This document shows positions 1 through 14,574 of a DNA stretch of 64,000 bases, in pieces. A program made the position numbers and the translations under genes. The notes beneath the pieces are model-generated. The model made no database searches. It saw only the letters and a program-made list of their open reading frames with translations, and was not told where the DNA came from. This DNA comes from Eledone cirrhosa (Eukaryota): contig OZ024750.1 of NCBI GenBank assembly GCA_964016885.1, positions 16,678,001 through 16,742,000 on the forward strand. The letters are read 5' to 3'. Each line of letters starts with the position of its first letter. Position 1 is the stretch's first letter.

Positions 1-43
1 TATATATATAAGTATATATACATATATATATATATATATATAC

Positions 44-440
<397 letters not shown>

Positions 441-1244
441 GCTTTAAACACTGCAAGATCCATGGTCTTTCGTGAGTTTACAGCCCAATTATTCCCCGCG
501 CTTCTGTTGGAATCTACTAGACGGCGCTGACCGTCAGCCTTCTATTCATAGCTGGGCTTTCAAAGTGTTTACTTATTAAACATACCGGATATCATTAGAT
601 ATACGAAATTCACATAAATGTATGTATACAGCTATGTCGAAGCTAAATTTTAATTATATATATTCCAAATTCCCCTCAAATCACACGATACTGTCTTGAA
701 ATAGAGACACATTAGAAAATGTAGTCCTAGGTAGACAATATACAATACCACCACCAATACTACTACCTCCACAAATATCACTACTACCACCACCACCGAT
801 AACAGCAACAACAACAGCTACTACAACTGCTATTAAAAGTATAACTATTATAACTACCACCTCAGTTACTACTACTAAAACTGCAATTACACCCACTACC
901 CAAACTACTACGAATAGAGCCCCTACCTATTCCACCACCATCCTCAATACCCCACCACGTCACCAATACCACCATCGCTACCATAAAAATACCAGCAGCA
1001 CCCCCACCACAATTTCCATGATGGCGGAATGTGACAATATCAAAACTGATTAACAACGACAATTTGAACAAAATTGAAAAATGAAGAAAGGTTGTGTCAG
1101 ATCTCGTTTCCCCACGAGATTTCGTATTAAGTCTCGTCTTTCGAATGAATGACAAAAATGTTATTGTTGGTTTTTCGGTTGAAGATTCGTAATTTTTAAA
1201 ACTATACTTGTTGTTGCAATTGTTGTTAACAGTAGTGATGGATG

Positions 1245-1543
1245 CAGAGTCGTAACTAGGGTATGGCAAGCATGGCTCGTGCCATGGGCGTCACATGAAG
1301 GGGGCGCCACTTGGACTAAGAGCACGTTCTATTAAAGTAAAATAAGCCATGTGGGAGAGTAAAAAAAAGAAACTTCTTCAAATGTATAATCTGTCTCTGT
1401 TTATCATGAGTGAGAACTCTATGGTGGCTGGATTATTAAACCATTTATATAAATTATTAGGCCCATAGGTAAAAATACAGTGCCGGGCAGGGGTGCAATT
1501 TCATTGCTTGCCATAGGCACTATTGTCCTTAGTTATGTCTCTG
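1245..1543. mobile_element. hAT-like MITE
   Basis: Imperfect TIRs CAGAGTCGTAACTAGG ... CCTTAGTTATGTCTCTG. 8-bp TSD gatggatg/ggtggatg (1 mismatch). A related end lies inverted at about 4529-4590. Confidence 0.65.
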
Positions 1544-1730
1544 GGTGGATGGTAGTTATAGTGATGATGATGGTGATGGATTTCTGGTTGACAATTGTTA
1601 TAGTTGTTATTAACATCTCGTGATGGTAGTAGATATGATAACGATGATGGTGATGATGGCGATGATGATGATGATGATGATGGCTTCTTGAGTGAACATT
1701 CGTGATTTTAAAGCTATTGTCATCATCGTT

Positions 1731-2139
1731 GCTTTTCATCCTTACGGGGTCGATAAAATAAAGTACCAGTGACGCATTGGGGTCGATTTAATCGACTTTC
1801 CCATTCCCCAAAAATTGTTGGCCTTGTGCCTAAATCAGAAACCGTTATTACACGTTGTTGTTGTTGTTGTTGCTGTCCTTGTTGTCTAACTGTTGTTGTT
1901 GCTATTGTTGTTACTGTTATTGCTGCTACTGTTGTTACTGTTAGGTGGATTGGCAGTATCGGTAGGGGGTCGGACGCCATGCTTTGACGCATAGAGTTAC
2001 GTCCCTTGCCATTCTGAGTTCAAATCCCGCCGAGGTTAACTTTGCCTTTCATCCATCCTTACCGGGTCGATAAAATAAAGTACCAGTAATACACTGGGTA
2101 ATTGCTGGCCTTGTGCCAAAAGTAGAAACAATGATTATT
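1731..2139 (+). mobile_element. tRNA-derived SINE family A (3' fragment 1731-1849 and full copy 1944-2139)
   Basis: A-box-like tggcagtatcgg, B-box gagttcaaatcc, body ggggtcgataaaataaagtaccagt repeated more than 12 times in the window. Confidence 0.85.
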
Positions 2140-2221
2140 ATCGTTGTTGTTGCAACTGTTGTTCTTTTGCCCTTGATACTGTTTCTGTTGTTAGTGTTGC
2201 TACTGTTGTTCTTATAACTAT

Positions 2222-2414
2222 CAGACCTGCCAGCCTCTAAAATCCTAAACGGGGAGTACCATGAAAAAAAGTGCCCCAAAACGGGGAGAAATGAAGCAAA
2301 ATGAGTCGATTTTACATAAAAACTATACCCACTTTTACAAGAAAAGACATCTCTCACCAACCCTAAAGTGGGTGGGAGATCTTCCCGTCCGACGGGGAGA
2401 GGTCGACAGGTCTG
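2222..2414. mobile_element. MITE, CAGACCTG family, copy 1
   Basis: TIRs cagacctgcc ... gacaggtctg; homologous to 6497-6691 and 16405-16588 (opposite orientation). Confidence 0.85.
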
Positions 2415-2619
2415 TGCTATTATTACTGTAACTATTGTTGTTGTTGTTACTGTTGCTGTTGCTACTTTTGTTCTTGTTATTGTTACTACTTCTTTTGTTA
2501 TTACTGTTGTTGTTACTGTTGCTGTTACTGTTGTTGTTGTGTGTGATAACGATGAGATAATGTGTCTCCAGTACATATGTTTGTTAAATAGAGCGTCCAA
2601 TGACTGGACTGATAAAGAC

Positions 2620-2730
<111 letters not shown>

Positions 2731-3031
2731 AGCATTCATTCACATATACATGCACACACGCAGACTTATACACCATCACCAACACTAATAACCCCCACCA
2801 CAACCACCAGATACCACCACCACTACCAGAAACCACCAAGACCAACACTACCACCAAGATCAACACCAATACCATCAACAATACCACAGATACCAACACT
2901 ATCAACACCAACATAAACTACCAACTATAACACCATACACCACCATACTGTTGTCTTAATCTTCTGCCAATGAAAGATTTCAGATCTCAAAAACCGATCT
3001 TATGTCATTTTACAGTTACGGTGGATCAGGT

Positions 3032-3253
3032 TGACATTTAGAGTTGACACACACTGCACTCAGTCCTCCCGCGGGAGCCCCTGCGCGGACACACTAGAAG
3101 AGGGAAACCGAGGTTGACATATGTTGATGCCCTAGGGACAGAGACAGGTCTCTTGGAGATGCAGGACATGGCAGCGACGATGAAGGACAGAGACCGCTGG
3201 AGAGAACTCGTCCATGAATCTCGGGAATTTTACCCACCCTAGATAGTTAGATA
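3032..3253 (+). mobile_element. 5'-truncated RTE LINE 3' end
   Basis: Encodes GHTRRGKPRLTYVDAL...DRDRWRELVH. Homologous to 17218-17578. TAGA-type tail. Perfect 11-bp TSD gtggatcaggt at 3021-3031 and 3254-3264. Confidence 0.85.
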
Positions 3254-3476
3254 GTGGATCAGGTGATGTGTTGTGTTCTTGAGCAAGATATTTCCTTTCA
3301 TGTCCCTCCAGTTCATTCAGCTTTAATATTTATGAACACAAACATCCGTGGATTAACGTCGTTACGGAGTATCGTTACGTCCAAGGGCAAGTCTTGTTCT
3401 CTCAGGCGCTTAACGTCACTTGAAACATGGATCAGCTCCGACATGACTCTTTAGGTTCGGGACAAATTTTAACTTA

Positions 3477-3734
3477 CCGTATTTCCCTGCGTTGAAATTT
3501 ATAGAGAAAAAAAACAAAAACAAAAAAAACAAGAAACATTTAAATCTGTCAACTGAAGTAGCACCACCATATTGCTGTTGACCTTATTCGGAATCATTCC
3601 CTAAAATAAGTCTCAAAAATCTACTATGCGTCCTGGCGGCCGAAGGTTGTTTATTATTTTTTTTCAAATTTTTGGTTGTCAAAATTAGGGTGCATCCTCG
3701 AGGACGTAGCGTCTTCGGCGCCTGGAAATATGGT
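3477..3734. mobile_element. Tc1/mariner-pogo-type MITE (CCGTATTT ends)
   Basis: ta-CCGTATTTCC ... GGAAATATGG-ta inverted termini with TA flanks. Confidence 0.55.
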
Positions 3735-3983
3735 AAGTTTAATGTGTGAGGGTTGGTGTAGGGATGTGGTGATGTGTGTGAGTGTAGGATGCCGGTGTAG
3801 GTAGAGTGGTTATATTGTTGTCTATATATGTTGACGGATGGCTGCGAGTGTGTGTAGGCGTCTGCATATGGGCGTGATTGTTGATGCAGTGCGCGCGTGT
3901 GTGGGTGCGTGTAGATATGTATGCATAATTGAGACAGAGGGTGAGAGAGAGAGAGTGTGTGTGTATATATATATATATATATA

Positions 3984-4039
<56 letters not shown>

Positions 4040-5112
4040 AACTTGGGAACTTGCAAAATCTTACGTTTTATATAAGTGTGCGTGTGTGTGTTTGTTTATG
4101 TGTGTATGTATGTGTGTGTGTGTGTGTGTGTCTGTGTGCGTATGTGTGTGTTTTACTATTTGAGTTTATTATTTTATTATTTCAATTTTGTATTTTATTT
4201 TCCAACTTTTATGTTTAAATGGAATGGGCTAGGGTGAGGTGGGAAGGTTCTCAATTTGAAACTTTTTGAAATTTATAGAGAAAAAAAACAAATAAAAAAA
4301 AAACAAGAAACATTTAAATCTGTCAACTGAAGTAGCACCACCATATTGCTGTTGACCTTATTCGGAATCATTCAACCCTGTTTCAGTCACGATCGCGACC
4401 ACACATGTTCACTGAGTCAGATTCCAGAAATGATGTGTGGATACCGCGAATTAATCAGGCAGTGAAGTAGACTTAAGAAGAAGAGGTTAAAAATTGGCAG
4501 ATTATCTGATTTTGATAGAAAGTGCTTCTAGTCCAAGTGGTTCCCATGGCACGTTCCATGCTTGCCATACCCTAGTTATATACCTCTGCACCTACCTGAA
4601 TGCTCTACCTACTGGCTGGTTGTGTATGAGGAGGGTTAATTATTTACAGTACTTTCAGTATTAAAACAAAAACAGATCAAAGTTAAATACGGTGAAAGTG
4701 GGGGATGGGGTTAAAAAAACTGTTAGGGGTTAGCTAAAGCGTATACCTAATTAAGAAACTTTATAAATATTTTATCCTTATATTAAAGTCAGGACGAGGG
4801 GTCGCCCTTACGATCTTTGTAGGTGCATCCTCGCATACATATGGAAGCAAATGAGTTGATCTGTTTGTATAACTATAGGGTCTTAACCCTTCCGATACAA
4901 ACATCTCTGAATCCACCCCTGGTTTTATGATACAAAGAGGAACATAAACGTGGTCGATGTGTGAATTCTAGTGTTATGGTGGTATGTGAAAAATGGAATG
5001 AGTGATGAGTTATGTGAGATATAGTCGGATTAACGAAAAAATGCGAGACAGACATATTAGAACAGGGTTATCCTGTAAACATTTTTTAAATATTTGTATG
5101 CATAATTTAGAG

Positions 5113-5145
<33 letters not shown>

Positions 5146-5147
<2 letters not shown>

Positions 5148-5245
5148 CAAGGAGAAAACAAGCAGAGGTACAAAAAGCCTTATTAGTTTCACGTTTTATA
5201 TTGGAAAGAGAAAAGAAAGTTTGACGTGTCGAGCTTAAGCCCTTC

Positions 5246-5250
<5 letters not shown>
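5146..5250 (-). mobile_element. Penelope-like cassette with truncated hammerhead, inside (TA)n
   Basis: Minus strand TGAAGA-aGGGC-ttaa-GCTC-GAcACGTC; homologous to 47645-47795. Confidence 0.55.
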
Positions 5251-5321
<71 letters not shown>

Positions 5322-6032
5322 AAATGAAGAAATCACAAATCTAATGTTTTTACTGATAATAATAGACTTAAACATAACACTCTTAAAGGTAACCAATTTG
5401 GACTTAAACCTGGTTACCCATCACCAGGAAACAGTAAATCCGTTACATGTTTTAACCCATCATTTAGTAAACAATATATGGTAGAATCGCTAGAGCGCCG
5501 ATCAAAATACTTTGCAGCATTTGTTTTTTGTGAATTTAACTTTGACGTCCATCTTTTGAGAAAATAAAGTACCAGTCAAATACTGGGGTTGATTTAATTG
5601 AATTTCCCGACCCAACTAAATAGCTAGAATATATTATTTTTTTTCGTTTAAGTGTTGAATGTCTGTTTGAACTGGTGGATAAGAAGGGAGTGTGTATGGG
5701 TTGTGAAGCATGATGATGTAAGTGTGTCAGTGGTAGGTGCTGGGTTCATCTCTTAATTATTCGCTCTGACAATTCCGCCCACTCATACGCCCCACCTCAC
5801 CTACTCACTTCTTAAATATGAGAAACACAAGCCAATAATTACTGTATTATATATAGTTTGAGGGGGTGGTGGTGGATATTTCTGTATTATTTCTGTATTA
5901 TAGTAGTAGTAGTAGTAGTAGTAGTAGTAGCAGCAGCAGTAGTAGTAGTAGTAGTAAGGTGGTGGTGTGCCTTGTTACACAATACCTAAGACGGACAGAA
6001 ATATAGGCATCATACCCTCCAGACAAAGCAAT

Positions 6033-6202
6033 AATAATTGTTTCTGCTTTTGACACAAGGCCAGCAATTACCCCAGTGCATTACTGGTACTTTATTTTAT
6101 CGACCCCATAAAGATGAAAGGCAAAGTTAACGTCGGCGGGATTTGAACTCAGAACGTAAACGACCGTGGTGCCTGATACTCTACCGATACTGCCAATTCA
6201 CC
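6033..6202 (-). mobile_element. SINE family A
   Basis: Reverse complement of the family A body and B-box (ggatttgaactc). Confidence 0.85.
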
Positions 6203-6496
6203 AAGATAATAATAATAATAATAAAAACCCATACTAACATTCACGCAGGAAGTGGGGCGAACGAGGGTGCTGTCAAGAAGCAACACCACCTTTACAGTAT
6301 TAGAGGAGGTAATCGCTAGAATATCTGTTTCAAAGTCCCTCATAACAACGACAATCTAGTTGAAGAACGAGTAAGGGAAAATCTCTAAATTAAACCATAC
6401 ATACAACCGGGGTTTGTAACAGGTAACTGATTGTCAATGTCTTAAATTTCTCTACCATCATATGATTCCCGCTATAATGCAAACATTTGCCCATTA

Positions 6497-6691
6497 CAGA
6501 CCAGTCAACTCTCCCCGTCCGATGGGGAAATCTTCCGTCCACTTTGGGGTGGGGGAGAGATGTTTTCTCTTGTGAAAATGGGTATAGATTTCATTACATA
6601 AAATCTCCTCATTTTGCCTCATTTCTCCCCGTTTTGGGGGACTTTTTTTCATGGTATTTTCCGTTTGAGTTTTTAGAGGTTAGCAGGTCTG
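6497..6691. mobile_element. MITE, CAGACCTG family, copy 2
   Basis: TIRs cagaccagtc ... gcaggtctg; homologous to copies 1 and 3. Confidence 0.85.
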
Positions 6692-6768
6692 CTATTATTT
6701 AGCATGCGATTAAGAGCGCAGTGTTCCTATTTGTAGGCCAGCACAATAGAACCAGTCAGTTTCATTGG

Positions 6769-7107
6769 TATTATGAACCTGTGATCAAACAAGGGTCTAT
6801 ATTACGAACCTGTGATTAACCAGGGTCCTATATTATGAACCTGTGATCAACTAAGTCCCTATATTATGAACCTGTGTTCAAACAACGCCCTATATTATGA
6901 ACCTGTGATCAAACAAGGTCCTATATTATGAAACTGTGATCAAACAAGGCCCTATATTATAAACCTGTGATCAAACAACGCCTTATATTATGAACCTGTG
7001 ATCAAACAAGGCCCTATATTATGAACCCGTGATCAACCAATGCCCTATATTATAAATCTGTGATCAACCAAGGCCCTATATTATGAACCTGTGACCAAAC
7101 AAGACCC
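6769..7107. repeat. Minisatellite, about 30-31 bp unit, about 11 copies
   Basis: Unit ccctatattatgaacctgtgatcaaacaagg, head to tail with no spacers. Confidence 0.9.
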
Positions 7108-7600
7108 TCAGCTCTATAATGTTTCTAAATGTGAAGTACCTGCACTTGAAAATTCACGACACGATCTATTGTTCATAATATATCTTTTTCTAAAACACAG
7201 CAACCACCCGTCACTTACTTTAATATTGAAATACACGTTCCTTCTGTGTTTAATATTCAGAGTTCAAGTAGAAATGTCGTGCATTAACAGCGCTAGGTCT
7301 CTATTAAACATACACGGCTCCATCTAGGTGTTTACTTTACTCAACCTTTAAACCACATTTTAAAGGAACTACAGCACTTTGGAAGTTGTACTTGTTTGAC
7401 AAGTGACACAATCAGTGTGACCAGGACGCAAAATGTCGAACGAAAATTTTGACACCAAAAAATAAATCAAATGTTAAGTGAAAGTTTAGATTTTGTGCAT
7501 TTTTCAATGGCTAAAATTACTTTTCCCAGATGTAGCTGCAGTTTCGTCCTTGATGTTCATATATTAGAAGTATTTGCTCCAAGTACGGATTTGGTAAAAC

Positions 7601-7815
7601 AATTGTTTTTACTTAAGGTGCAAGGCCAGCAATTTTTTTTTTTTTGGGGGGGGGGGGGGTCGATTAAATCGACCCAGTGCATTACTGGTGCTTTATTTTA
7701 TTGACCCCGTAAGGATGAAAGGCAAAGTTAACCTCAGCGGGATTTGAACTGAGATCGTAAAGGGGCGTAACCCTATGCCATAAAACATGTCCGACGCTCT
7801 TACCGATACTGCCAA
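7601..7815 (-). mobile_element. SINE family A
   Basis: Full-length reverse copy. Confidence 0.85.
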
Positions 7816-7819
7816 TATT

Positions 7820-8185
7820 AAATGTGTACGTGGTTGAGTATTCCACAGGCATATGCAGTCTTAACATACATAATTCACAGGTTGAATCAACGTGTCATTA
7901 CATTTGACAAAGTTGACATTTTGAATGACATCTTATGTAAGTGGTTGTGTATTCTACAGACACGTGTACTTTTAACATAATTCTCAGGTAAAATCAGTGT
8001 CACACTGTATATGACAGTCCATCTGACGGGCTTCCATATAGTTTCTGTCTACCTAATTTCACTAAAATGTGTGGCGTTAACCCTGGCTATGCTAAAGACA
8101 CTTGCCTAAGATGTCCTTGATGTATCGAACTCAGGACCTCACGATTGCCAAGTGAACTTCTTTTACACTCAGCCATTCTTGCGTT
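7820..8185 (-). mobile_element. Decayed SINE fragments related to family B
   Basis: cagacacgtgtac..taacata motifs shared with 9075-9280 and 35745-35958; tRNA-like head near 8125-8185. Confidence 0.55.
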
Positions 8186-8629
8186 ACATACATCAAACTA
8201 TATTGGCATGATACCAGTGTATATTGGTGCCAGTTAGCTATCTATTCAACCACCACACCACACCACACCACACTACACCAAACTACACCCCACCACACCA
8301 TACCACACCACACTACACTATACTACACCATACTACACCATACTACACCACACCACAGCACACCATCACCACCACAAAACACACAACTTGCAATGTAAGG
8401 AAAAAAAAAAAAAAATGTCCACATCGTTTAAAAGAGTGAACGTCTGTTAAAATTTTGTTTCTCGCTAATAATGCAATATGTCCAGCGCTGTAATATTATT
8501 AACTAAGTCTTTCGATTTGATATCAGTCAAGAAGCATGCAATAGCGTTCATCTTACTCAGAGAAGCTAGTTAAGGAAGGTAATTAGGAAAGCAAATGAAA
8601 TTCGATTGAGACTACGTCTCTGAAAAGTT

Positions 8630-8648
8630 CGTCGCTAGATGGCGCCCC
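8630..8648 (+). promoter_or_regulatory. Candidate CTCF site
   Basis: gtcgctagatggcgccc fits the CTCF core CC(A/G)C(T/C)AG(A/G)(T/G)GGCGC, in unique sequence. Confidence 0.4.
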
Positions 8649-8737
8649 TTTACTTTAAAACATCCATCCAGCACGAACAACGTTTAATTGATGCAATAAT
8701 TAAATGTCTCTCCTCCCCTCTCCCCCCCCTCTCTCTC

Positions 8738-8770
<33 letters not shown>

Positions 8771-8870
8771 GAATCTCTGAAAAAGAAGTTTTGATTCGTG
8801 CAATATCAATATAATGATTGATCGTAACATTGGGTATTTAATGGTAGCCAAAGTACTAGAGGTAGTGGAT

Positions 8871-8907
<37 letters not shown>

Positions 8908-9074
8908 CAGCAGCAGTAGTAGTAGTAGTATTAGTAGTAGTAATGATGTTGCTGATGGTGGTGGTGGTAGAGGTGAATGGTGATTTGTAACAAAATGAAA
9001 GAAATTAGTTTTATTTACTTATGTTTATTCTGTGAGCTCTAAGACGAATTTCAATCTATCAATCTTTATATGAG

Positions 9075-9280
9075 CTAGATGAGGGTTCCAGTTGTTCGAT
9101 CAACGGAACAGCCTGCTCATAGACCTAATCTGTAAGTGGCTGAGCATTTCACAGACACGTGTACCCATAAACATTTTCTCTGAGAGAATCAACGTGACCC
9201 TGTGTGAGACAAGCCTGCCTATTGAATCACACAACTACATCTCATTTTTGTCAGCTGAGTTGATTGGTGCAAAGTAAAAT
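9075..9280 (-). mobile_element. SINE family B 3' body
   Basis: gatcaacggaacagcctgctc...ctcatttttgtcagctgag; homologous to 35745-35958. Confidence 0.7.
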
Positions 9281-9288
9281 TGCATATC

Positions 9289-9470
9289 CAGGTAAAATTC
9301 TGTTATAACGAATACCATTATAACGAATTTTTCAGTATAACGAAATTTTTTCGATCCCCGGCCACACGCTCGATGTGTTAGGTCGATCTCGTTATAGAAT
9401 TAAAGAATTTTTCGTTACAACGAATTTTTTCAAATACACCCGTGAATTTTGTTATAACGGAATTTCGCTG
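9289..9470. mobile_element. pogo/Tigger-like MITE
   Basis: caggtaaaattctgttataacg ... gttataacggaatttcgctg-ta; internal tataacga repeats in both orientations. Confidence 0.7.
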
Positions 9471-9482
9471 TATATGTATGGT

Positions 9483-9980
9483 GAAGGCGTATGGCTTAGT
9501 AGTTAGAGCGTTGGGCGTGTAATTGAGAGGTTGTGAGTTCGATTCTCGGACCGGGTGATGCGTTGAGTCATATATGAATGAGCCAAGAACCCGACGGCTG
9601 AACTCTTGCCGTTTCAGCAGCTATATATATATATATATATATATGAAGATGCTTGTTCAATGGGAGGAATAGTCTGTTAGTAAAGGCGCGTGGCTTAGTG
9701 GTTAGCTCGTTGGGCTTGCAATCGAGAGGTTGAGAGTTCGATTCTCGGACCGGGTGATGCGTTGTGTCCTTGAGCAAGACACTTTATTTCACGTTGCTCC
9801 AGTTTACTCATCAGCAAAATTAAATTCCTTCGTCACTGGTGCCAAGTTGTACTGGGCATTACCTTTCTCTCCGACAACATTAGTGGCGTGGAGAGCGGAG
9901 ACTTGTGCCTAGGAGGGGAACTTTCTAAGTACAAATCCGACGGTCATTCGTAACCGAAGGGGGGTCTTTACCCTTTACCC
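9483..9980 (+). mobile_element. tRNA-derived SINE family B (truncated head 9483-9566; longer copy 9683-9980)
   Basis: A-box tggcttagtgg, B-box gagttcgattc, CORE-like gtgtccttgagcaagacac. Confidence 0.8.
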
Positions 9981-10413
9981 ATATATAGTATTACAGAGTA
10001 GTTTAGTATTTGTATATCTACCAAGGAAACTGAGTTTTATCAGTGAAATTGATAAAAACTGTCTATTGCAGTGTTTATTCAAGACTAAAGTCATTGGAAT
10101 CTTATTAAAACAAAACAAAGCTGGGAAGACTGATTTCTTTAAAATCTACACCTCCAGACATTAAGCTGTGTTTCTTTAATCCCTCTTGTTGCTGCTGTTG
10201 TTGTTGTTGTTGTTGTTGTCGATAGTGGTGGTCTTCTTCTTCTTCATCTTCTTTTTCTTCTTCTTCTAAATTAAAATTCTGTTATTTTTTCGTATTATTT
10301 CCTCTTATTTCTCTCCCCCCCCCTCCATCCCTCTGTTCTGTATTACAACACCTCTTATCACTGTTTCACTGTTGCATCGATCGCTTTTCTTTATCTATCT
10401 ATCTATCTATCTA

Positions 10414-10772
10414 TCTGGAAGAAGAATCAGGATGGAGAGAGAGGTGCTGTACCCCAGCAAATTTTATAAAAGGTGGGTGAATGTGGCAAAGATGGGCCGA
10501 GTGGTTGGGCCTTCTCTCTATATAAGCCTGTAGGTTGAGGAAAAAGAGGAAGAGAGGAAGGGAGTACTCACTCTTGGTGCTCCTGGAAATGAGGGTTGTA
10601 TATTTTTTCGGGGTGTGTACAACCCCTGTGCAACACCCCCCTCCTATTGGGGATATCAATTGTTATTTGTTATTTGTTATTTTATTAATAGTTTTATTTT
10701 CATATACCTGTATGTAAACTGCCCATTTGTATTTGTCCCCTTCTTTTGTGCCCTTGTGGCTAATAAAGAAAT
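10414..10772 (+). mobile_element. Tx1/L1-like LINE 3' end in (ATCT)n
   Basis: Encodes RRRIRMEREVLYPSKFYKRWVNVAKMGRVVGPSLYISL*. 3' UTR ends taataaagaaat. (CTAT)n on both sides. Homologous to 56228-56718. Confidence 0.7.
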
Positions 10773-10791
10773 TTATCTATCTGTCTATCTG

Positions 10792-10840
<49 letters not shown>

Positions 10841-11450
10841 ACGTCTGCCTACATATCTATCTATTAAACACACGTGTTTGTGTGTGTCTGCCACACTTTT
10901 TATATTTCTCTCTCTCTCTCTCTGTCTCTGTCTGTCTCTCTGTCTCTCACTCTCTCTGTCTGTCTCTCTCTATTTCCCCCCTCTCTCTCTGTCTTCCCCC
11001 TCTCTCTTTCCCATAAGTTTCATATCACTATCTCTGCCCTCTTGTTCAAGATGTCTACCATTCATACATTATCTGTTGTTACAATTGTTGTTGCTGTTGA
11101 TGCTGTTGATACTGCTGTTATTTTCACTGTGATGTTGTTGTTGTTGTTGTTGTAGTTGTTGATGTGGTTGTTGTTGGTGTTGTCACTGATCTTGTTTGTC
11201 TTCAAATATATCTGAACAAATATATCTGAAGAAATATGAAATATATTTGTTCAAAATTTCTTTGTTTGATTTAATATCGATCTTATTGATTGATTTTGTC
11301 GGGTGAAACAATTGTCACGTCTCTCTTGTCATATAGTCATTCTGTTAATTATTAGCATTGGTACAATTTCACAAATGTGAAGTAATGGCATAATCAATCA
11401 TATCTAAACCAGTATTTGATTCACACTTATTTTATCGATCTCGAAGTGAC

Positions 11451-11527
<77 letters not shown>

Positions 11528-11839
11528 TGCATCGGCTGAATTCGGACACAAGACATTTTTTTTTCCACTTTGGAGTTAAACATTTTGTCCTAGATTTATC
11601 ACAAGTCTAGAAACTCATTCGACCGATGCCTCTTCCGATTACATTGGTGAATGTGTTTGTGTCGGTAAAATAGCCGGGTATTCAAAATAGTCAAACGATG
11701 TAAATATAAAGAAACACGGTTTTAGGAAATGTAAATATAAATAGCTACGGTTTCCTAAAACACGGTTTTAGGAAACCGTAGCTATGCAAACACCGGTGCC
11801 AACGTCCTCTGGTGGTGTCCAGCAGAAGCAAGGGGGACA

Positions 11840-11885
11840 ACCGTCTATGCATATTTCAGGCTTGACTGGCCTTCGTCAGGACGGT
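11840..11885 (-). ncRNA. Minimal type I hammerhead ribozyme
   Basis: ACCGTC-CTGACGA-AGGC cagtcaa GCCT-GAAA-TATGCA-TA/GACGGT: stems I and II intact, palindromic stem/loop III. Confidence 0.85.
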
Positions 11886-12006
11886 GCCTCCCACCGCTTG
11901 CGACTGCTGGACTTGAAAACAGTCGAGAATATATAGATTTTCTCGTCAGTGTAAATGAGGTGATTAATCTCATTTGCATATGAAGCTGCATAAGTTGGCT
12001 CAACTC

Positions 12007-12195
12007 ATAATTGTTTCTACTTTTGGCACAAGGCCAGCAATTATCCCAGTGTATTACTGGTACTTTATTTTATCGACCCCATAAGGATGAAAGGCAAAGT
12101 TAACCTCGGCGGGATTTGAACTCAGACCATAAAGGGACATAACTCTTTTTTGCTGCAAAGCATGGCGTCCGACCCTCTACCGATACTGCCAATCA
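12007..12195 (-). mobile_element. SINE family A
   Basis: Full-length reverse copy. Confidence 0.85.
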
Positions 12196-12505
12196 ACTCA
12201 TAATAGAATAGAAATAGTATTGGTGTGTGTCTTTACATCTCATTAACACTTCCCCAGGCACATACCAACATTCTTTATACATACACCAAAATATAACAAC
12301 ATCAGTTTGACAATCGCCACTAAAGAATGAGAGAAAGTTCTCCTGAAAGTTCTCCTGAAAGTTAACCAGGATTAAAAAGAAAAAAAAAGATGTTTCACCT
12401 AAGTCAACAAAGGACTTATTAGATCTATATAGCAGAATTGTAAAATTGTAAAATTAAATTGTTATAGAATACCAATTACGAGTGAAGTCATTCTTTTCCT
12501 TTTTT

Positions 12506-13745
<1,240 letters not shown>

Positions 13746-14574
13746 TATGTCTGTATTTACATTTGTGTATTTATTATATAATTTTATTGATGTGTTTGAG
13801 TTTTTTCTCTTTGTCGGTATATGTGCCTGTATATATGTGTTTATTCGTGTGTGTATGTATTTGTGTACAAATCTTGCAAAGGAAAATTTCGCACTATCAA
13901 AGATTACATTGAATTCCTCATTAGAAATTTCTGCCAATTCCCAGAGCAAAATGGCTCACCATTCTATTGGACACAAATATTTGAACTAGCATCTCTGTTA
14001 ATGTATTCTTTGACATAAGACTTCAATTCCTTCTTTCTTCCCCTCTCTACACATTCCTTCCTAATTTACTATCCATTTACGTCTGATAACTGCTTCAAAT
14101 GATGTTGTATTTCATGTAAATTATAGAAAAACAAACACGAAGTGTTGGAAACTGTCTATAGAATGTTGTTTACCCTGTTGTCTAAATGTTGGTTGTTTAC
14201 TATAGTGTTGCTGTTTCTTATATATTGGTTATTTAATTTACTTTGTTTATTGTTTCCTGTTTATTGTTCAATGTATGTTCTTTCTAATTTGGTTACTATA
14301 TAATATTCATTTTATGTCATTTATTCAGTCTTGTTTTTAGGGTTTTTCTTTCCATCATGTATTGTTTGTTGTCTGTTCATTAAATACTGTTAATTGTATA
14401 ATTGTTTACACTGTGCTTTTAATTGTTTGTTCGGTAGTTAATGTTCATAGAATTTTGTTTATTATATATATACCGGTGATACGTAGTTATAGATTGCGTT
14501 TTTATATCACCTTTGTTGAACATTTTGGAAACAACACACTCATTGCTGATAGTATATTTCATTTTAAAAATCCT

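Noticed and set aside
6769-7107. CRISPR-like 30-bp periodicity (also 44771-45090)
   Set aside because: Contiguous units without unique spacers, no cas genes, eukaryotic context.
9683-9755. tRNA gene (also 28610-28682)
   Set aside because: A/B boxes run into a SINE body; no clean cloverleaf.
9787-9815. CTGATGA...GAAA on the minus strand
   Set aside because: Chance match inside a SINE; stems I and II do not form.
13870-14110. Coding-like unique segment
   Set aside because: Stops in the frames checked and no recognisable family.
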